DNA from: Sandaracinaceae bacterium
GTDB lineage: Bacteria; Myxococcota_A; Polyangia; Polyangiales; Sandaracinaceae
Direction of reading: 5' to 3'
DNA length: 32,000 nucleotides
Assembly (NCBI GenBank): GCA_019637095.1
Contig: JAHBWG010000023.1
Location: forward strand, 39,145 to 71,144
The notes beneath the pieces were generated by a model. It saw only the letters and a program-made list of their open reading frames with translations. It did not search any database and was not told the DNA's origin. Positions 27,296 through 32,000 of this stretch are shown here, piece after piece; within the stretch, counting starts at the first letter, position 1; each line of letters begins with the position of its first letter. A program made the translations under genes and the position numbers.

Positions 27296-27602
27296 CAGGG
27301 GCGCTTCTTACCCCTGCCCCGCGGCGGCAGAGCCGCGGCGGCGCCCCCGGTCCGAACGCGGCGGAGCCGCGTTCGACCCATCGCGGGGCGATGGGGCCCC
27401 TCGACCGACGCCCGGCGCGGCGCGGCGGGCTGGTCTCGATGTCTTCGGAGGGGCTGTTCCAGCCCCTCCCCCCATCGCGGCAAAGCCGCGATGGGTCCCC
27501 CCTCCCAAGTCGAACGCGGCGAAGCCGCGTTCGACCCCATCGCGGGGCGATGGGGGCCCCTCGGCCAACGGCCATCGCTACGCGATGGCCTGGCCTCGAT
27601 GG
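27296..27602. repeat. Array of nine perfect GC-rich hairpins: two diverged ~150-bp copies of a four-hairpin module (X-Y-A-B), plus a ninth hairpin embedded in the tail of copy 2
   Basis: X1 27296-27316 CAGGGG/CCCCTG. Y1 27319-27338 CCGCGGC-ggcaga-GCCGCGG. A1 27353-27375 CGAACGCGGC-gga-GCCGCGTTCG. B1 27377-27395 CCCATCGC-ggg-GCGATGGG. X2 27447-27469 GGAGGGGCT-gttcc-AGCCCCTCC. Y2 27471-27495 CCCATCGCGGC-aaa-GCCGCGATGGG. A2 27509-27535 GTCGAACGCGGC-gaa-GCCGCGTTCGAC. B2 27536-27554 CCCATCGC-ggg-GCGATGGG. Ninth hairpin 27570-27590 GGCCATCGC-tac-GCGATGGCC. Both units end in tgg(t/c)ctcgatg. Confidence 0.85.
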
Positions 27603-27759
27603 CGCGCCCCGAGGGCGTGGGCGCGCGCCCAAACGCGCAGCGGCTCATCGACGGTGCTCGAGCCCCGCGCTCGACAGAACGGCAGGGCCGAGACCGCGAG
27701 CGACGACGGCATGGCGAGCCCGCGCCACGACCTGACGCGCTCCGCGCGCGAGGCTCGGC

Positions 27760-27775
27760 TGGCATCGCCGTTGCC
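27760..27775 (+). promoter_or_regulatory. Candidate sigma-54 (-24/-12) promoter for the downstream membrane protein gene
   Basis: TGGCATcgccgTTGCC against consensus TGGCAC-N5-TTGCW, with exact GG-N10-GC spacing. The predicted TSS (~27785) is followed by GGAGG (27793-27797) and ATG 27802. Confidence 0.45.
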
Positions 27776-27801
27776 AGACGCGTCGGGTCGACGGAGGCCC
27801 C

Positions 27802-29196
27802 ATGCAACGAGACCCCGCGCGCGCGGCGCGCGCCCTCTTCGACCGCTGGTTCATCGAGTACAACCCCCTCTTCCTCGCGAGCGCCGCGCTGGTGCTCGGC
27901 GGCACCATGCTCATCGCGCGCGAGGTCGCGCAGCACCGCACCCCGTACGGTGGCGTCTGGGTCGGCGCGCTCGCGGAGCTCTACGCGCTCGCGCTCATCG
28001 GCGGGGCGGCGGGCCTGGCGCGGCTCGGCATGACGAGACCCGCGGTCCTGCTCACGCTCATCGCGCTCGTGTTCCAGGCCGACGTGACGCTGCAAGTCGA
28101 GACCAACCCGTGGTACGGCGGCGTCGGCCTCATCGCGTCGGCGGCCTGGCTCGGGCTCTTCGCGATCAAGCTGCGCCTGATCGCCCTGGCGCTCGGCCTT
28201 CGCCTGTCGCGCTCGGCGTTCCTCGTGCCGTGCGCGGGCGCGGCCGGCCTCGCGGGCTTCCCGATCGTCCTGCGCTCGCTCGATCCGGTGAGCGGCTCGG
28301 CGCTGCTCGGCGGCTGGCTCTTCGCGCTCACGCTCGCGGCGCGCTCGACGTCGCGGCGCGTCGAGCGCGCCGGCGGGCTCGACGCGCGCGGCCTGCGGTG
28401 CGTGGACGGCGCTTGGATCGGCGGCGGGCTCGCCGTCGCGGCGCACCTCGCGATGTGGGCGCGCGAGCCGGATCTCGTCCTGCACCTCGCCCCGCTCGCG
28501 CCGGGCGTCGCCCTCGCGCTGGCGCGACGCGCGTCGCGCGAGCGTCACCTGTGGGCGGCGTCCGCCGGCGCGCTCGCGATCACCGCCGTGCTCGCGCCGC
28601 GCTTCACGTGGCTGGTCGCGCTCGAGATCGCGGCGGTGCTCGCGCTCTACGCGTGGCGGCGCCCGATGCGGTGCGGCGACGCGCCCGCGGCGATGCCGTC
28701 ATCGCCGTACCGCGCCGCCGCGGCGGAGCTCGCGACCTCGACACCCGAGCTCTCGTTCGCGCGGGCCGCAGCGCCCGCCGCGGGGCGGCTCGCGGTCGGC
28801 GTCGCGTGCGCGCTCTACGCGAGCGCGTGGCTCGCGGGCTGGCGCGGCGGCGCGCTCCCCGCGCACGCGCCGCTGCTCGACGCCGCGCTGCTGCTCGCGT
28901 GCGCGGCGCTCCTCTGGCGCGCGCGGGCGTGGCTCGCGCTCGCGCCGTGGGCGCTCGTCCCGCTCCACCTCGCGCTCGCGCGCGGGTGGGTCGGTCCTCC
29001 GAGGACGGCCCTCGAGCTCGGCGGCGCCGCGGTCGGGCTCGGCTTCGTGCTGCTCGCCACCGGGCTCGGAGCCTCGCTCTGGGCGCGGTGCCGCGGCCAC
29101 CTCGGCCCGCTCGCCGCGCCCGCGGAGCCGGTGGGTCTCGGCGAAGCGGCGGCTCACGCGAGCAGCCACGCGTCGCCGAGCTCGTGCCCGAGGTAG
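27802..29196 (+). CDS. Uncharacterised polytopic inner-membrane protein (464 aa)
   Basis: There are many Ala/Leu/Gly-rich hydrophobic segments and high GC3, and a strong GGAGG lies 4 nt upstream of the ATG. I recognise no family. The 3' end overlaps the convergent QueA-like gene by 43 nt. Confidence 0.7.
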   Translation: MQRDPARAARALFDRWFIEYNPLFLASAALVLGGTMLIAREVAQHRTPYGGVWVGALAELYALALIGGAAGLARLGMTRPAVLLTLIALVFQADVTLQVETNPWYGGVGLIASAAWLGLFAIKLRLIALALGLRLSRSAFLVPCAGAAGLAGFPIVLRSLDPVSGSALLGGWLFALTLAARSTSRRVERAGGLDARGLRCVDGAWIGGGLAVAAHLAMWAREPDLVLHLAPLAPGVALALARRASRERHLWAASAGALAITAVLAPRFTWLVALEIAAVLALYAWRRPMRCGDAPAAMPSSPYRAAAAELATSTPELSFARAAAPAAGRLAVGVACALYASAWLAGWRGGALPAHAPLLDAALLLACAALLWRARAWLALAPWALVPLHLALARGWVGPPRTALELGGAAVGLGFVLLATGLGASLWARCRGHLGPLAAPAEPVGLGEAAAHASSHASPSSCPR

Positions 29197-30203
29197 CCGA
29201 GCGCGGCGGAGACGCGGACCGCCTCCGCGAGCAGCGACGCGGGCGCGAACGCGCAGAGGATCTGGTAGTGCGAGCTCGACGGATCGTGCGCGCCCGTGAG
29301 GAGCGCGCTCACGACGGCGCGGGGGGTAGCGGGCCCGAGGACGAGGTCGGTCTCGTGCTCGCCCGGCACGAGCCGGCCGAACGCGCGCAGGTTCCCCTCG
29401 AGCGCCCGCGTGACCGACGTGCCGACCGCCACCACGCGGCGCCCCTCGTCGAGCGCGCGCGCGATGGCGTCCGCGCTCGCGGCCGGGAGCTCGTAGCGCT
29501 CGGGGAGCGGGAGGCGCGCGTCGAGCGCGGGGTCGCCCGTCGCGCTCAGGCCCGCGGCGTGCGTGAGCGTGACGAGCGCGGCGCCCGCGCGCCGCAGCGC
29601 GCCGAGGGCGCGCGCGGTCAGCGGGCGGCCCGCGCTCGGGGGCTCGACCGCCCACGGCCGCGTGGCGTAGCTCGTCTGCACCTCGTCGAGCGCGAGCTCG
29701 CGCGCGAGGTAGCTGTACTGCACGGGGCGGCCGAGCGCGTAGAGCGAGCCCCAGAACGCGTCGCCCGCCGGCTCGAAGCGCACCTCGAGCAAGCGCGGCG
29801 AGCGTCCGTCGACGGCGACCACGCGCGCGCCGAGCCCCTCGCCGAGGGTGAGCCGATCGCCCGGCGCGAGCACCGGCGGCGGTGGGCGGCGGTCGGTGTC
29901 GTCGCGCCAGCTCCCCTCGCCGAAGAGCACCGCCCACCACGTGCCCTCGGGGCGCCGGCCCGCGAGCCGCAGCTCGATGGCGCGCCCCGCCGCCCGACCG
30001 GCGAGCGAGGCGGGCAGCGTCGCCGCGTCGTTGAGCACCCACACGTCCCCCGGCCGCGCGAGCGCCGGGAGCTCCTGGGCGCTCCGATCGACGATCGCTC
30101 CCGACGCGACGTCGATGTGCAAGAGTCGTTGCGCCTCTGCGCCCAGGAGCGGCGCCCGCGCCGGGGCGAGCGCCGGGCGCGGCAGGGCGAGCGCGGCGCT
30201 CAC
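29154..30203 (-). CDS. Divergent QueA-like protein (S-adenosylmethionine:tRNA ribosyltransferase-isomerase family)
   Basis: 'PGDVWVLNDAATLPASL' against QueA 'pGDllVlNdTrVipARl'. 'VQTSYATRPWAVEPPSAGRPLT' against 'YQTVYA..GSVAAPTAGLHFT'. 'VVAVGTSVTRALE' against 'viAVGTTs.RtLE'. 'LLTGAHDPSSSHYQILCAFA' against 'LiTNFHLPkSTLlmLvsAF'. The GTG start at 30203 overlaps the SDR stop (GTGA). Confidence 0.7.
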   Translation of the reverse strand: MSAALALPRPALAPARAPLLGAEAQRLLHIDVASGAIVDRSAQELPALARPGDVWVLNDAATLPASLAGRAAGRAIELRLAGRRPEGTWWAVLFGEGSWRDDTDRRPPPPVLAPGDRLTLGEGLGARVVAVDGRSPRLLEVRFEPAGDAFWGSLYALGRPVQYSYLARELALDEVQTSYATRPWAVEPPSAGRPLTARALGALRRAGAALVTLTHAAGLSATGDPALDARLPLPERYELPAASADAIARALDEGRRVVAVGTSVTRALEGNLRAFGRLVPGEHETDLVLGPATPRAVVSALLTGAHDPSSSHYQILCAFAPASLLAEAVRVSAALGYLGHELGDAWLLA

Positions 30204-30925
30204 GACGCCACCTCCGCGACGCTCGAGGCGAGCACGCGCACGCCCGCGGTCACCGGCCGCTCGATCAGCGCGACGAGCCGCGCCGCGACGGCCTCCGGGC
30301 GCGCGAGCGTCGCCGGATCCGCGTCCGGGAGCGCGTCGGCGTGCATCCGGGTGTCCATCTCGCCCGGGTCCACGGCGAGCACCCGCACCCCCGAGCCGTC
30401 GAGCTCCGCCGCCCAGACGCGCGCGAGGTGATCGGCCGCCGCCTTCGACGCGCCGTAGGCGCCCCAGCTCGGGTAGGCCTCGACGGCGGCGTCCGAGCTC
30501 ACGAAGAGCACGAGCCCGCGGCCGCGCGCGACCATCGAGCCGACGAGCGCGCGGGTGAGCGCGAACGCGCCGCGCACGTTCACCGCGAAGACCTCGTCGA
30601 GCGCCGCCTCGCTCGTCTCGCCGAGCGGGCGCAGCGGGACCGGCCCGAGCGCGCTCGCGTTGTTCACGAGCACGTCGATCGGGCCGACCATCGCCGCCGC
30701 CGCGCCCGCGATCCGCGCCGCCGCCCCCGGCTCGCCGACGTCGGCGACGAGCGCGTGCGCGTCGCCTCCCTCGTCGCGGATCGCGCGGACCGCCTCGAGC
30801 AGCGGGCCGCGCGTGCGCGCGACCATCACGACCCGCGCGCCGCGCGCCGCGAGCGCCGCGGCGAGCGCCCTGCCGAGGCCCCGGCTCGCGCCGGTGATGA
30901 GCACGTTGATCCGTCGTTCGTCCAT
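30200..30925 (-). CDS. Short-chain dehydrogenase/reductase (SDR)
   Basis: 'ITGASRGLG' (TGxxxGxG), 'NNAS' and 'YGASKAA' (YxxxK). ATG 30925 is preceded by GGGAGG with an 8-nt spacer, so it is preferred over the ORF-track GTG at 30934. Confidence 0.85.
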   Translation of the reverse strand: MDERRINVLITGASRGLGRALAAALAARGARVVMVARTRGPLLEAVRAIRDEGGDAHALVADVGEPGAAARIAGAAAAMVGPIDVLVNNASALGPVPLRPLGETSEAALDEVFAVNVRGAFALTRALVGSMVARGRGLVLFVSSDAAVEAYPSWGAYGASKAAADHLARVWAAELDGSGVRVLAVDPGEMDTRMHADALPDADPATLARPEAVAARLVALIERPVTAGVRVLASSVAEVAS

Positions 30926-30980
30926 CGGGGTCACCTCCCACCCGGAACGTAGATCGGGGCATCCCGTTGGTTGGCTCGCG

Positions 30981-30996
30981 TGACAACAGATTGTCA
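30981..30996. promoter_or_regulatory. Inverted repeat TGACAA-N4-TTGTCA upstream of the SDR/QueA-like operon (candidate operator or -35 region)
   Basis: tgacaacagattgtca lies 56-71 nt upstream of ATG 30925, in a comparatively AT-rich 109-bp gap. Confidence 0.3.
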
Positions 30997-31043
30997 GTCG
31001 GCCCAGCGCCTGGAGTCGGGGGCGCTCGGCTTCGAGCTCGCGG

Positions 31044-32000
31044 TCAGCGGGCGCAGTCGGCCCAGCGGGCCGCGAGCGCGCCGGCGTCGTCGAGCCACGC
31101 GACGAGGAAGCGCGCGCCGTCGCGGACGAGCGCGGCGCCGCGGACGCGGCCCTCGACCACGGTCTGTCGCGGGCCGAGCGGGTCGCCGGCGGCGTCCGCG
31201 CGCTCGAGGTGCACGCCCGCCTCGTCGATCGCGAGCGTGCCGCGCGCGCGGTCGGCGAAGCGCGGAGGGACCTCCCCGGGCGCGAGCGGGCTCGCCTCGA
31301 GCGGCTCCGCCGAGCCCGGCTCGAGCAAGAAGTGTTGCGGGCGCGACATCTCGAAGCCGGCGACGAGCGCGACGCGCGCGCCCTCGAACGCGATGGCCTC
31401 GACGACGAGCGCGTCGTGGAGCGCCTCGACCGAGACGTGGCGCGTCTCGGTGGTGAGCCAGACGCGCGCGCGCGTGTCCTCGCCCGCGCCGCGGCGATGC
31501 ACCGCCGCCCAGCGCTCGCCGTCGGCGACGAGACCGAGCACCTCCGCGGGCAGCTCCGCGTCGGCCGGCTCGGGGCCGAGCGCGCGGCGCACGCGGCCGA
31601 GCCCGCCGCCGACGAGGAACATGTCGATCCCGCGGTGCCCGCCGGCCGCCGACCACGCGAGGTACAGGCGCTCCCCGGTGCGCGCGCGGCGCGTCGTCGT
31701 CAGCTCGCCCGGGAGCGACGCAGCGATCGGCTCGCCCGCGAGCGCGCGGCGCGCGAGGACGCAGTGGGCCGCCTCCGCGCAGGATCCGCGCGCGAGGACG
31801 AGCGCGTCGCCGCCGGGGAGCGGCTCGAGCGCGAGCAGGTCGCCCGCGAGCGCGACCTCGCTCGGCGCACCCTGCGCGTGGCCGGCCGCGTCGAGCACGA
31901 GCACGCGCGCGCTCGTCCCGTCGGCGACGGCGGCGCGGACCCCGTCGTCCGCGCGCGCGAGCGCGACGGTGCGCGCGGTGGGCCACGCCGCCGCGAGGGC
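31044..32000 (-). CDS. Hypothetical protein (5' end beyond the window)
   Basis: ORF track 31044..31904. The same frame stays open to base 32000 by my manual translation (...ALAAAWPTARTVALARADDGVRAAVADGTSAR-VLVLD...). GC3 is high. I recognise no family. Confidence 0.6.
   Translation of the reverse strand, partial: ALAAAWPTARTVALARADDGVRAAVADGTSARVLVLDAAGHAQGAPSEVALAGDLLALEPLPGGDALVLARGSCAEAAHCVLARRALAGEPIAASLPGELTTTRRARTGERLYLAWSAAGGHRGIDMFLVGGGLGRVRRALGPEPADAELPAEVLGLVADGERWAAVHRRGAGEDTRARVWLTTETRHVSVEALHDALVVEAIAFEGARVALVAGFEMSRPQHFLLEPGSAEPLEASPLAPGEVPPRFADRARGTLAIDEAGVHLERADAAGDPLGPRQTVVEGRVRGAALVRDGARFLVAWLDDAGALAARWADCAR

Noticed and set aside
27296-27602. Possibility that the hairpin array is a CRISPR array or contains a tRNA
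   Set aside because: The repeats are each self-complementary, differ in sequence and length, and are not separated by uniform unique spacers. No cas genes are present. The GGAGGGGCT-gttcc-AGCCCCTCC hairpin has a 9-bp stem and a 5-nt loop, unlike the 5-bp stem and 7-nt loop of a T-arm, and no cloverleaf can be drawn around it.
25081-28548. 1155-aa minus-strand ORF, the 1046-aa + strand ORF 27291..30431, and 8990..11920, 8526..10415 (5' part), 13299..14690, 20618..22228, 22216..23844, 22269..24329, 23585..25084 and 24843..27077
   Set aside because: All overlap genes with clear domain signatures in another frame or strand, or run through the hairpin array. All have the RRRAGR-type composition of GC-driven open frames.

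Overview
The window is very GC-rich (roughly 70% or more by eye, with GC-saturated third codon positions). Its gene content looks like a Myxococcota chromosome: a MYXO-CTERM-type (GC...TM...RRR) tail, a eukaryote-like Ser/Thr kinase fused to STAND/TPR modules, a sigma-54 enhancer-binding protein, stand-alone PilZ proteins and Cys-rich secreted repeat proteins. I support about 31 protein-coding genes on both strands, chosen from the ORF track by recognisable motifs, GC3 bias and start-site context. Most of the long Arg/Ala-rich ORFs in the track are shadow frames and are rejected. I see no rRNA, tRNA, CRISPR array, transposase or integrase. Four gene pairs are joined by 4-nt start/stop overlaps (GTGA or ATGA), which suggests translational coupling. 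The most unusual non-coding structure lies in the largest intergenic gap. At 27296-27602 there are nine perfect GC-rich hairpins arranged as two diverged copies of a roughly 150-bp four-hairpin module, with a ninth hairpin embedded in the tail of copy 2. A near-consensus sigma-54 promoter and a GGAGG ribosome-binding site follow, in front of an uncharacterised polytopic membrane protein. Coding-level points of interest are: a signal-peptide-bearing FAM20/Golgi-casein-kinase-like protein; a lipoprotein with tandem disintegrin-like Cys repeats; a giant Ser/Thr kinase-STAND-TPR protein coupled to a CXXCH heme lipoprotein; a divergent QueA-like protein coupled to an SDR; and an isolated ccmC-ccmD pair. 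All homology statements come from motifs I recognise by eye and need database confirmation.
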